Shown here piece after piece: positions 9,701 through 17,950 of a stretch of 37,875 nucleotides of DNA. The notes below the pieces were generated by a model. It was not told the origin of the DNA. It saw only the letters and a list, made by a program, of their open reading frames with translations, and did not search any database. The position numbers were made by a program, and so were the translations under genes. The stretch is from an uncultured Verrucomicrobiales bacterium (GTDB lineage: Bacteria > Verrucomicrobiota > Verrucomicrobiia > Verrucomicrobiales > DEV007), in assembly GCA_938091905.1 (NCBI GenBank), contig CALKOM010000167.1, forward strand, positions 1 through 37,875, read 5' to 3'. Position 1 is the stretch's first letter. Every line of letters begins with the position of its first letter.

Positions 9701-10259
9701 TCAGATCACCCACGAGTTCATTGCCTTTGTCTCGTCGGCACAGATCAAATACACCAAAGCGAAGGGGCTACCCTTTGCCATCTTGATCACGGAGGATCTC
9801 CATGCCTCGGCCGAAGTCCTCGTGTGGAACGATGTCTTTGAAAAGACTGATCGCGAATCGTTAGTCTCTGGCGCCGTGATTCGCATCGTGGCGGCTGTGG
9901 AGGTGGACTCTCGTACAGAGACCAGGCGCCTAGTAGCAAGCCAGATCACGCCATGTCGGATCAATCCCACGGCCCGTCCGATCAAGAACAAGCTCGAACG
10001 TTACGAGAAACTAGGAGGGAACACGGATGACCTCGTGCAATACAATCCAGCCTTGATGCTCTACCTCACTAGTGGCCGGACGACGGATGAAGATCTGCAC
10101 TCTATCAAGGACATTCTGTCGACTGCCAATCGTGGTGAAACACCCATCCATCTCACGATCCAAACTGCACAAGGTGAGGTGAAACTCGTTCGCGCTGGCG
10201 ACCAGTTTCGCGTGAATCGCTCTCCCGAACTTGAAAACGCGTTAGCATCGTGGATGTAG
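6702..10259 (+). CDS. dnaE: DNA polymerase III subunit alpha
   Basis: PHP domain FVHLHVHTEYS and TDHGN; GPGRGSAAGS, PPDVDVDF, KMDFLGLKTL, GYGFNKSH; C-terminal OB region. Start at MPADNF (6702) preferred. Confidence 0.97.
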   Translation: MPADNFVHLHVHTEYSTLDGANRIPEIMKKAAKYEMPALAMTDHGNLYGIVEFFQQAQKHGVKPIFGCEIYMSPGSMHEKKQVPGRRNASHLTVLAKDEVGFQNLVKLTSKAHLEGFYYKPRVDKECLQEHSEGLLALSGCLASEINQHIVNDQIDFARQSVDDFINIFGKDDFYLELHDHGLEQQHKCTKQLIEFSKEFDLKLVASNDVHFLNKEDHECHDVMICIGTGVHVHDEKRLHYPEEVYFKTADEMYDVFKDYPEACRNTLEIAEKCNVELKLDSTSSEKYPEFDSPDGSPRDTYFRNLCQKGLVERYGEERAAQDEELHERLEYEIGIMEKMGFVSYFLITWDFINWAKEHKIPVGPGRGSAAGSLVAYVLGITDLCPIEFSLIFERFLNPERVSPPDVDVDFCQSRRGEVIEYVRQKYGERAVSHIITFGTMGAKSVIRDVGRVLGMGYTEADRISKMIPAELGITLSEAREKNPELAETIDGDGRIQQLWKYAIYLEGLTRGTGIHAAGVVIGDRALDEFIPLTRGNEGEVVTQLAMGPLTEFGMLKMDFLGLKTLTVIQDAANLIYEFVPDFDITKIATDDGPTYELLSAGQTIAVFQLESGGMINLCKQFGVSDLEDISALLALYRPGPMDLIPDYIARKKGEKEIRYEHPLLEQVSANTYGIMIYQEQVQKAANLLAGYSLGQADLLRRAMGKKDKSKMAIEREKFVAGCAEANKIAAKKANKIFDTLEKFAGYGFNKSHSCAYGLITYQTAYLKANYPVEFMAGVLSNEINNTEKISVFVNECKNMDIDILPPDINRSQIKFAPERIDDVSQNGRNGTNMAIRYGLAAIKGVGQGAMEMVLQERAAEGDYTGLENFATRVDSKSVNKKAMESLIKAGAFDFTGEERPALYSRIAQVVASSQAATKDRASGQGSLFDTLDITAAAPQEQVVEETWTKDEILTYEKDLLGFYVTGHPLDSYRNTILSKAKARSYLDLEELEVGKDRRNQITHEFIAFVSSAQIKYTKAKGLPFAILITEDLHASAEVLVWNDVFEKTDRESLVSGAVIRIVAAVEVDSRTETRRLVASQITPCRINPTARPIKNKLERYEKLGGNTDDLVQYNPALMLYLTSGRTTDEDLHSIKDILSTANRGETPIHLTIQTAQGEVKLVRAGDQFRVNRSPELENALASWM

Positions 10260-10271
10260 CCCTTCGCGACA

Positions 10272-12320
10272 TCATAACTTCCTGACACGGATGCTCTTGA
10301 AGTAATAGACACTGTCAGTGTCATGGGCTTGCAGAGCAATCGCCCCACCCTTGGCACGCAACACCCGTCCAAGGCGATGCGCTGGGCGTTCAACCTTGTC
10401 TGGCTCGGTGTAATCGATGACTTCCTTGCCGTTGAGCCAACACTGGATGCGCTGCCCAAGCACCTTTACCTTGACCGTGTAGCACTTAGTTTCGTCAGAA
10501 ATAATTGAATCGCTCACATCGACTACCGCATAGAGGCTGCCCGTCTTGCGTTTCTCTTTTTCAGTGCTGTTCAGTTGGATTTCATAGCCGTTCTTAAGAT
10601 GTAGCTTCTCATCCCGCGGCTCGTGATCCGTATGGAAGAAGATGCCCGAATTTGAGCCAAGCTCACTTCGAACCACGGCTTCTAATTCGAAATCTCGGAA
10701 CAATTCCAAAGTCTCGGCATCATCTCCCGAATAAAAAAGATGACTGCGCAAGGTCGGATCTGTCGCCTGGGCTGTGAGGAGGCCATCGACAACCCGAAAA
10801 GCGTCAGGATCCGTGTTTGCCTTCCAACCAGATAAGTCCTCTCCATCAAATAAGTCAATCCACGGACGTACAGAAAGCACACGCTGACGCAACTGAGCAG
10901 ACAGTTCGCTCACAAGCTCAGTGTTCTCTTCCCAACAGTTCGTCACTTCGCTCGGATCGCTCTCAATCTCCGTGAGAACACGATCGACCACACGATCGCT
11001 CTCACGTTGCCACCACTCCGTATATCGATGGCGCGCCGTACGCAGGCTATGTCCAATCACATTGCCAACGCCTTGGTCAGCCCGATGAGGATATGAGGAA
11101 TAGGCCGAAGCTCGATGCGGACGTTGTGGCTCTTTCAGAAGTGCTGCAAAGGACTTGCCCTGGAGATGATCTGGCTTCTCCAATCCCAAGACATCGCACA
11201 ACGTAGGGTAAAGATCGATCAACTCCACCAATGCCAACGTCCTTCCTTTCGCTGTGCCTTCATCGGGATGACGCACGATCAAGGGCACTCGCGTGTCGCA
11301 TTCAAAGTTGGTGTGTTTGCACCAAGACGCATGATCGCCCAGTTTCCATCCGTGATCCGACCAGAAGATCACGACGGTGTTATCGGCCAAGCCATTTGCA
11401 TTAAGCGCTTGCAATAGACGGCCCACCTGCGCGTCCATGTAACTAACACAAGCGAGGTAGCCATGAATAAGACGCTTGTTCAAGGCCTCTGGAAACGCAC
11501 TCGGCAAGATCCCCTGTGGGTAATCGGAATAGGCCAGCATCTCCCCCGCAGAAGCATTGCTTGCCCAACTCGGATAGCCCGGCGGCACCGTCTGATTGGG
11601 AGGCAGGGCGAACGAGTCTCGCTCATAGAGATCCCAATAACGCTGTGGAGCAATGAAGGGAAGATGTGGTTTGGTAAAACCCACGGCCAAGAAGAAGGGC
11701 TCTTTGGCTTCCCCCAGTGTCGCCAGTTGAGCCACCGCTTCATCGGCACGTGCGCCATCGGCATAGGTGTTGTCTGGCACATCAGCGAACTCGGTCAATG
11801 GGCCACGCATGGTGCCGCGTCCACTCCGCTTGGGCCTTTTAGAGGCTTCGCGATGCGTCGCCGCATTGTCGGGATCAGCATACCGAGCGTTTCCTCTCAC
11901 GTTCAGCCATCGGGTCCAATGCTCTCGATCAACTCCGTTGCCTCCGCTTCCATGATAGATCTTTCCAAGTCCCACCGTCGTGTAGTCGTGAGCAGTGAGA
12001 TGCTGATTCAAGGTGACCACATCCGGCCAGCGTTGGCGCCAATCGGTGACGTGGAAGCTCCGTTCATTTGTGTGTTCTGGATAAAGCCCTAACATGAGCG
12101 CGAGACGAGACGCCCCGCAAACCGCTTGGTTGCAATAGGCACGCTCAAAGACCAGTCCGCTCTCCGCCAAGCCATCTAGATTTGGCGTCACCGCCCTCGA
12201 ACCATAGCAACCAAGCTCAGGACGCAAGTCATCGACGGCAATGAAGAGCACGTTGGGCTGAGGAATAGCAGCAACACCGCCGATGAGAGATGTCAGAGCG
12301 AACAGAATCAAACGGATCAT
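10272..12320 (-). CDS. Secreted formylglycine-dependent sulfatase (iduronate-2-sulfatase-like) fused to a C-terminal DUF1080 domain
   Basis: Signal peptide; PNVLFIAVDDLRP, CGASR, GKIYH, KPHLPF and WSDHGWKLGDH; then LFDGEDLSGW...NSGIFF...GYEIQL...TGSLY...GAIALQAH...FKSIRVRKL. Confidence 0.9.
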   Translation of the reverse strand: MIRLILFALTSLIGGVAAIPQPNVLFIAVDDLRPELGCYGSRAVTPNLDGLAESGLVFERAYCNQAVCGASRLALMLGLYPEHTNERSFHVTDWRQRWPDVVTLNQHLTAHDYTTVGLGKIYHGSGGNGVDREHWTRWLNVRGNARYADPDNAATHREASKRPKRSGRGTMRGPLTEFADVPDNTYADGARADEAVAQLATLGEAKEPFFLAVGFTKPHLPFIAPQRYWDLYERDSFALPPNQTVPPGYPSWASNASAGEMLAYSDYPQGILPSAFPEALNKRLIHGYLACVSYMDAQVGRLLQALNANGLADNTVVIFWSDHGWKLGDHASWCKHTNFECDTRVPLIVRHPDEGTAKGRTLALVELIDLYPTLCDVLGLEKPDHLQGKSFAALLKEPQRPHRASAYSSYPHRADQGVGNVIGHSLRTARHRYTEWWQRESDRVVDRVLTEIESDPSEVTNCWEENTELVSELSAQLRQRVLSVRPWIDLFDGEDLSGWKANTDPDAFRVVDGLLTAQATDPTLRSHLFYSGDDAETLELFRDFELEAVVRSELGSNSGIFFHTDHEPRDEKLHLKNGYEIQLNSTEKEKRKTGSLYAVVDVSDSIISDETKCYTVKVKVLGQRIQCWLNGKEVIDYTEPDKVERPAHRLGRVLRAKGGAIALQAHDTDSVYYFKSIRVRKL

Positions 12321-12423
12321 TGAGCGCGAAGTTTCACTGGGTATGATACTACTGTCGAGCCATTGCTCCTATCTCGACCGGACAATCGACCAAGATTAGA
12401 TGGAGTAGACGTTAGATCGCAGC

Positions 12424-14955
12424 ATGGAATACCCCAGAATGCCCAGCTTCCTGCCTGTTCCCCACTTTCTTCTTTGCCAACGGGGGTCTTATCGGAATGG
12501 TGTGACCGTGGTAGAACGATTCCGGCGCGCACACTCTTGGTGGATATTTCCGCTCCTCACTCTCGGGCTCCTCTTGAGTGTGGGCTGCAAGAAACGCCCC
12601 CATGAAGAGGAAGATCCCATCGTCCGTGGCGCGCGACAGCTCTACCTCGACCAGCAACAGAATGACCAGCACATTTGGCGTTCTGAAATCGAAGCGCTCG
12701 GCTATCAAGCGAGTTTGGATCGCCTGGTCGATAGCGTAAGAATGTCTTCCCAGAGACTGAGCGAACTCAAGCGCCTCTCCTTCGGCGAACTCCAGTTTCG
12801 CGAGCTTGGCCCGGCCAACAACCTCGCTTGGGGAGTGAAGCAAGCCTACCACCAAGGGACACCTGTCTCGTGGGAATCGTCTGACTGGCAAGCGTGGATT
12901 GATGAACTAGCAGAGTCCAAGACGGCCATCCACTATTTCCGCCTCCAACTCGTCGAGTTCAAACCAGGGAGCACGGAGACGAATGGCCTCGACTCGGCCA
13001 ACGTCTCTATCGAGTGTCATGCCACCTCAGCCAAAACAGTAAGTACGGACACCATTGTCACTCGCCACATGCTTAAAGGCGAACTTGCCGTGGACTGGGA
13101 TCGGCCGAGCGGAGCAGCCCAGTCGGTCGGACCCATCGCTCGCATTGTCGTAGAGAATCTTCGTTGGCGAACGTTAGCTGAAGGCGAGGCATTCGAGCAG
13201 AAGCAACGCTACGCAGTCGGTGATCCCAACAAACGCCAGGCCGTCCGTATCTCACCGGTCATCGTGCGAGATTTTAATGGTGACCTCCTCCCAGACATCA
13301 TTCTAGGAGGCGTCAATTTGCGTCTAACCAATCAGGGCGACTTCAATTTCACCAATGCCCCTCTCCTTCCCAAGGATCTCGGCCTCCGCAAGACCGCAGT
13401 GGCCGCTGACTTCACAGGTGAAGGCAACACGGATCTTCTTGGCTTCCTCGCGGACGGCACTTCTGTCCTTCTCCTCGGAACCAAAGGCGGCAACTTCAAT
13501 GCTGAACCGCTGCAGCCATGGCCTGAAGTCGCCGAGTATCCCAGCGCTCTTGCCGTCGGTGATGTCGACAACGATGGCGACCTGGACGTGTGGATGGCTC
13601 AGAATCGCCCAACCTACCACCGCGGTGTTCTACCAAGGTCACTCGATGATGCCAACGACGGCTTTCCATCCCGTCTCTACCGCAATGACGGTGAAGGCCA
13701 CTTCACAGACATCACCGGTCCAGCCAATCTTGGGGTCAACCGTGGACGCCGGACCCGCAGTGCAGCGTTGGTCGATATCGACAACGATTCTGACAAGGAC
13801 TTGCTCGTCACGAGTGACTATGCGGGCGTGGAACTCTATACCAATGATGGGACTGGCATCTTCACCGAGGCGACGGATGCTACGTTTAACGACTGGCATT
13901 TGTTAGGCCAGGCTGCAGCCATTGGTCGCTTTGATGATGACGACCGACTCGACTTCTTCATCGGTGGTCGTTGGTCGACTGCCATGCAGCGGATGGGGGC
14001 TCTACAGTTAGAGCGAGTAGATTTCCCTGACTTCCTTCCACTCGCGGCTAAACTCACCTCGGGCAATCAATTGCTCCTCTCTCAACCAGGACGCGGGTAC
14101 GATGTGGGGCCCTTCAATGCCGACGCCAAGAATACCGGCTGGACAAAGAGTGCGACAGCTGCAGATTTCGACAACGACGACGACGACGATCTCTATCTCT
14201 CGACCGGCCATGTCACTGGCCGCTCGGTATCAGATTTCGACAGCCAATTCTGGAGGCACGACATCTTCCTCGCCGAAGGGATACGCCCAGAGATTCTAAC
14301 CACCTATCTCAATGCACCAACGCTTTCCCCAAGACTCACGGCGCTCAAGACAGGCGACATTTCTTGGTACGGGTATGAGCCGAATCGTCTTCAGGTAAAC
14401 ACACCACCTGGCGCTAAGGACCTGGGAGGCTTTGTAGACCTGGGATTTCTCCATGGCGTGGGGTTATCGCAAGACTCTCCTGCAGCACTCGCAGCTGACT
14501 TGAATCTCGATGGTATGTTGGACTTACTTTGCATCGCTCAGCGGACGTTCCCCCTGAACGAGCGGCTCGCGGTTGAGCAAAGCCTGGTCATCTATGGTAA
14601 TGCCTTGCAGACAGACGGCCATTGGTTGGGCGTCCATCTCAGTCCCAATGCGCCTGACTTCATTCCGGGTGGGGCTACGATTCGCCTGGTGGGTGAATTT
14701 GGACTACGGGAACGCTTTATTCACACAGGCCTAACGCCAACGATGCAAGGCCCCACCACGGCCCACTTTGGCTTGGGGACGCATGAGAAGATTGATCACA
14801 TGGTCGTACAATGGGGCAATGGCCACGAACAAATTATCGTGGAACCTGCTCTCGACCGCTACCACACCATTCGCCCTCGCCTCGACTTCACACCCATTCC
14901 TGATCCACCGGAGCCTCTACCAGAAGAGCCCGAAGACTCGGAGGAGGAGTCGTAG
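12424..14955 (+). CDS. CRTAC1-like FG-GAP repeat / ASPIC-UnbV protein, probable lipoprotein (true start may be a GTG near 12502-12508)
   Basis: Repeated D-x-[ND]-x-D-x-x-x-D motifs (DFNGDLLPD, DVDNDGDLD, DIDNDSDKD, DLNLDGMLD); C-terminal HWLGVHL...AHFGLG...VVQW; lipobox-like LLLSVGC. Confidence 0.85.
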   Translation: MEYPRMPSFLPVPHFLLCQRGSYRNGVTVVERFRRAHSWWIFPLLTLGLLLSVGCKKRPHEEEDPIVRGARQLYLDQQQNDQHIWRSEIEALGYQASLDRLVDSVRMSSQRLSELKRLSFGELQFRELGPANNLAWGVKQAYHQGTPVSWESSDWQAWIDELAESKTAIHYFRLQLVEFKPGSTETNGLDSANVSIECHATSAKTVSTDTIVTRHMLKGELAVDWDRPSGAAQSVGPIARIVVENLRWRTLAEGEAFEQKQRYAVGDPNKRQAVRISPVIVRDFNGDLLPDIILGGVNLRLTNQGDFNFTNAPLLPKDLGLRKTAVAADFTGEGNTDLLGFLADGTSVLLLGTKGGNFNAEPLQPWPEVAEYPSALAVGDVDNDGDLDVWMAQNRPTYHRGVLPRSLDDANDGFPSRLYRNDGEGHFTDITGPANLGVNRGRRTRSAALVDIDNDSDKDLLVTSDYAGVELYTNDGTGIFTEATDATFNDWHLLGQAAAIGRFDDDDRLDFFIGGRWSTAMQRMGALQLERVDFPDFLPLAAKLTSGNQLLLSQPGRGYDVGPFNADAKNTGWTKSATAADFDNDDDDDLYLSTGHVTGRSVSDFDSQFWRHDIFLAEGIRPEILTTYLNAPTLSPRLTALKTGDISWYGYEPNRLQVNTPPGAKDLGGFVDLGFLHGVGLSQDSPAALAADLNLDGMLDLLCIAQRTFPLNERLAVEQSLVIYGNALQTDGHWLGVHLSPNAPDFIPGGATIRLVGEFGLRERFIHTGLTPTMQGPTTAHFGLGTHEKIDHMVVQWGNGHEQIIVEPALDRYHTIRPRLDFTPIPDPPEPLPEEPEDSEEES

Positions 14956-16410
14956 TTAGCGCTTCGACTTAAGAAGAGCACCTAACACCACACCAACAAC
15001 GATCACCGTACTGGTTCCTAAAACGATGGTCAAATTCTTGTGAAAGAAGGATTGGCCTGACAGCGACAACCAGGCAATCAACGCCACACCGACCAGTCCA
15101 GCAATCATGGCAGGCTTGCTCGACACCCCCTTTGCAATCAACCCGAGCAAGAAGAGCCCTAACATGCCTCCAGCAAAGATTCCTTGGAGATTCCACCAAG
15201 CGTCCAAAGCGCTCTGAACCTGAATCATCGCCAGCGCCATGAGCGTACCAGCCAGCCCCCAGACCAAGGTCGTTCCGTGGAGCACCCGCATCGAATCCCG
15301 CTCGCTCGCATCCGGCCGAATAAAGCGTTTGTAGATATCACAGTGAAATAGAGTGGCACAGCTGTTTAGACTTGTGTCCACGCTACTCATCGCGGCAGCG
15401 AACACAGCTGCAATGAGCAACCCTGTCAGACCTATTGGCAATTCGTTCGCGATGAAGTGTGGGTAGACCGAATCCGCCTTGCCTGCCACGGCCTCTGGAA
15501 GCAAACCTGGCTGTACTTCATAGAAGGCAAAGAGGCCTGTCCCAATGAAGAAAAACAGCGTCGAGGCTGGAATAAATAGCGCAGCCCCTAACCAAACGCT
15601 TAGTTTCGCTGCACGATCCGACTTCGCCGTGAGGTAACGTTGAACAAAGCCCTGATCGATTCCAAAGTTTTGCAGATTGATAAAGATGCCGTAGATCAGC
15701 ACAACCCAGAACGTGGATTCCTGGAGCGATAGACCGAAACTTCCCAGATCAAACTTGCTCGAAGCCTGCGCGATCTCAAAGACCTGCCCAGGTCCCTCTG
15801 GCATATGCGTCAGGATCACTCCAGCGCAGAAGATAGCCCCCAACGTCAAGACCACGCTCTGCACCACGTCCGTCCAGATGACGGCCTCGATGCCTCCCAA
15901 CAACGTGTAAATCGTCACGACTACACCAGTGACCATAATGATTGTCTTCACATCCCAACCTGTCAGAGGTGCCAGCGCCAAGGCGACCAAGTAGAGGATC
16001 GTTCCCATCCGCGCAAGCTGCATGAGCGCATAGCAGACAAGCGCATAAACCCGCGCCCATGGGCCAAAGCGTTTCTCTAGATGCGCGTAGGCCGACACTT
16101 CGTCGCTACTGCGATAGAGTGGTACAAAGTAACGCACTGCAATACATGCAGCGATCGGAAGTGACAGGGCAAAGACCCAGGCACTCCAATCTCCACCATA
16201 GGCCTTTCCCGTATGCGCCAAAAAGCTGATGCTACTTACATAAGTACCAAAGATGGACATCCCAACGACCCAACCAGACATCGAGCGTCCTGCCGTCATG
16301 AAGCCCCCTGCAGTCTGACTCCGCCGCACAAACCAACATCCCAGGCCGAACACACCGACGAGGTAAACCAACAGCACCACCAGATCCGCTACGCGCAAGG
16401 TCCCAGACAT
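14956..16410 (-). CDS. Sodium:solute symporter (SSS family), probably for a sugar or sugar acid
   Basis: Many TM helices; [37 protein letters not shown] and [17 protein letters not shown] motifs. Confidence 0.92.
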   Translation of the reverse strand: MSGTLRVADLVVLLVYLVGVFGLGCWFVRRSQTAGGFMTAGRSMSGWVVGMSIFGTYVSSISFLAHTGKAYGGDWSAWVFALSLPIAACIAVRYFVPLYRSSDEVSAYAHLEKRFGPWARVYALVCYALMQLARMGTILYLVALALAPLTGWDVKTIIMVTGVVVTIYTLLGGIEAVIWTDVVQSVVLTLGAIFCAGVILTHMPEGPGQVFEIAQASSKFDLGSFGLSLQESTFWVVLIYGIFINLQNFGIDQGFVQRYLTAKSDRAAKLSVWLGAALFIPASTLFFFIGTGLFAFYEVQPGLLPEAVAGKADSVYPHFIANELPIGLTGLLIAAVFAAAMSSVDTSLNSCATLFHCDIYKRFIRPDASERDSMRVLHGTTLVWGLAGTLMALAMIQVQSALDAWWNLQGIFAGGMLGLFLLGLIAKGVSSKPAMIAGLVGVALIAWLSLSGQSFFHKNLTIVLGTSTVIVVGVVLGALLKSKR

Positions 16411-16527
16411 GCCTCCTGTCTACGTAGAGTTGCACAAACACACAACTCCATTCTTCTCTAGCTATCTAAGTGGTGTTTTAGGCGCTATCACAAAGCAATA
16501 CTGCTATTAGGGCTGCGCTTTGAAGAA

Positions 16528-17855
16528 TTATGCCAAGTTATCGACCTCGGTCATCGAAAGATGACCACTTTTCAGTAGACTGGCAAACGCCAGTCTTCAC
16601 GCTATTTCCAGATTCATAGAGATACGGGACCAGCGCTACCATCGCCTCTGGATGTTCTCAATTGCGCAAACCCTCGACCATGCCTGCGAGAAGCCGCTGA
16701 GTCATCGCTGGCGACTCTACATTCTCATCCATCCACGATAAAACGCCTCGATATTCCCCCCATAACGCAACTGGTCGAGGAGGTGCACTTGCTGTTTCGT
16801 GTTTAACCGATCCCAAAGGGACTTCAGACAGTCCACTCGATCGTTTTCCGACCAAGCTGATGAAAGCCCAGTAAGCGCTAGCTTATTAGATGCCGGACTC
16901 TCCATTTCATCTAACCAACGAAACGTGGCTTTAAGATCTTCTTTCGCCCACCGCCGTAATACATTCTCTAACCCATGACTATCCCATCGTGGGTTCTTCA
17001 GTTTAAGACCGGGTTCCAATGCTAAAAATACCGCCCTGTTCGGGCTACTATCATAAAGGCGATGAAATAAATTTCCAAAGTAGCCGGATCCCTTTTTGTC
17101 AAATCCCCGTGCAATCAATAGGCCGTGCAGCTCCTGCGCCTGTCCTCCTGGAGCGATCGTGAGGGCCTAGTCCAGAGCTCCTGCTAGATCGGTCTCTGCC
17201 CACACACTAAGGGCTGCCACCGGATGCCTTTACAGCTCGGGATGATTCGAAGCAAACGGCAACGCACGCCTAGAATCCAAAGCCGCCAGTTTCGCATAAA
17301 GTGACGAGATCCTTGAGAATCCAGCTCCGGCATCAGCCTCTTTTGTCACTGTTAGCATCCAGGCTTTGAGGGTGCCAAACAACGCGGCATCGACAGAGTA
17401 GTTAGCTCAGCAGTCTCCGCGAAACTTGGCTGCCCGCTCATAACCGTCATGGGTTCCGCTGCCGAGCTACGATCCCCAAGCAAAGATGAAGGCAAAGTAG
17501 CATCCATCTCTAGTCAACACTGGTAGATCATCGGAAGGCCACTCCAAAGACGGCTGTCGGTAGTTTGATGAACCTTCTCAGCGAGCCCGAGATCATCATC
17601 AGAGGAAGCGCCCTCCAAGTCGTCCATCACCAAGACCCTTTGCACAAATCCCTTCGCCTACGGGACTGCGTCCAAGAACGGGCGCGAACGAACTGTCGGG
17701 CCCACCTTGCGTTGCCCTACAATACCTCGAGATTCAGTCTCTAAAGTCAGTGATACCGTGATAGAGTCGCGGCGACTCGCCGACAACTGAAAGCCCACTG
17801 CGCCCAACAACAAGCCCATGCCCGCAGTGATTACCAAGCAGGTCTTCTCGTGCAA
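16528..17855 (-). pseudogene. Decayed gene for a membrane-anchored W-x3-D-x3-A-x2-W helical-repeat protein
   Basis: Fragments 17855-17658, 17118-16717 and 16855-16658. In-frame stops at 17660-17658, 17516-17514 (QC*LEMD) and 17169-17167 (WAETDLAGALD*A), the last two at expected Trp positions, plus frameshifts. Intact repeat WAKEDLKATFRW. Ends are approximate. Confidence 0.65.
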
Positions 17856-17950
17856 GAGAGCACGTCAGACAAAGATCGCCTCCAATCGAATATTAAATTT
17901 GCAGCGATTCGCAAGGCACTACATCGGACATTAGGGTTCTTCTACTCGCC

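Noticed and set aside
6702..10259. Intein or split dnaE
   Set aside because: Length is normal, and the PPDVDVDF, DFLGL and GFNKSH regions are uninterrupted.
16528..17855. Stop-codon recoding (Sec, Pyl or alternative code) in the fragmented gene
   Set aside because: Mixed TAG/TGA stops plus frameshifts, no SECIS-like hairpin noticed, and intact genes in the window use TGA and TAG as normal stops.
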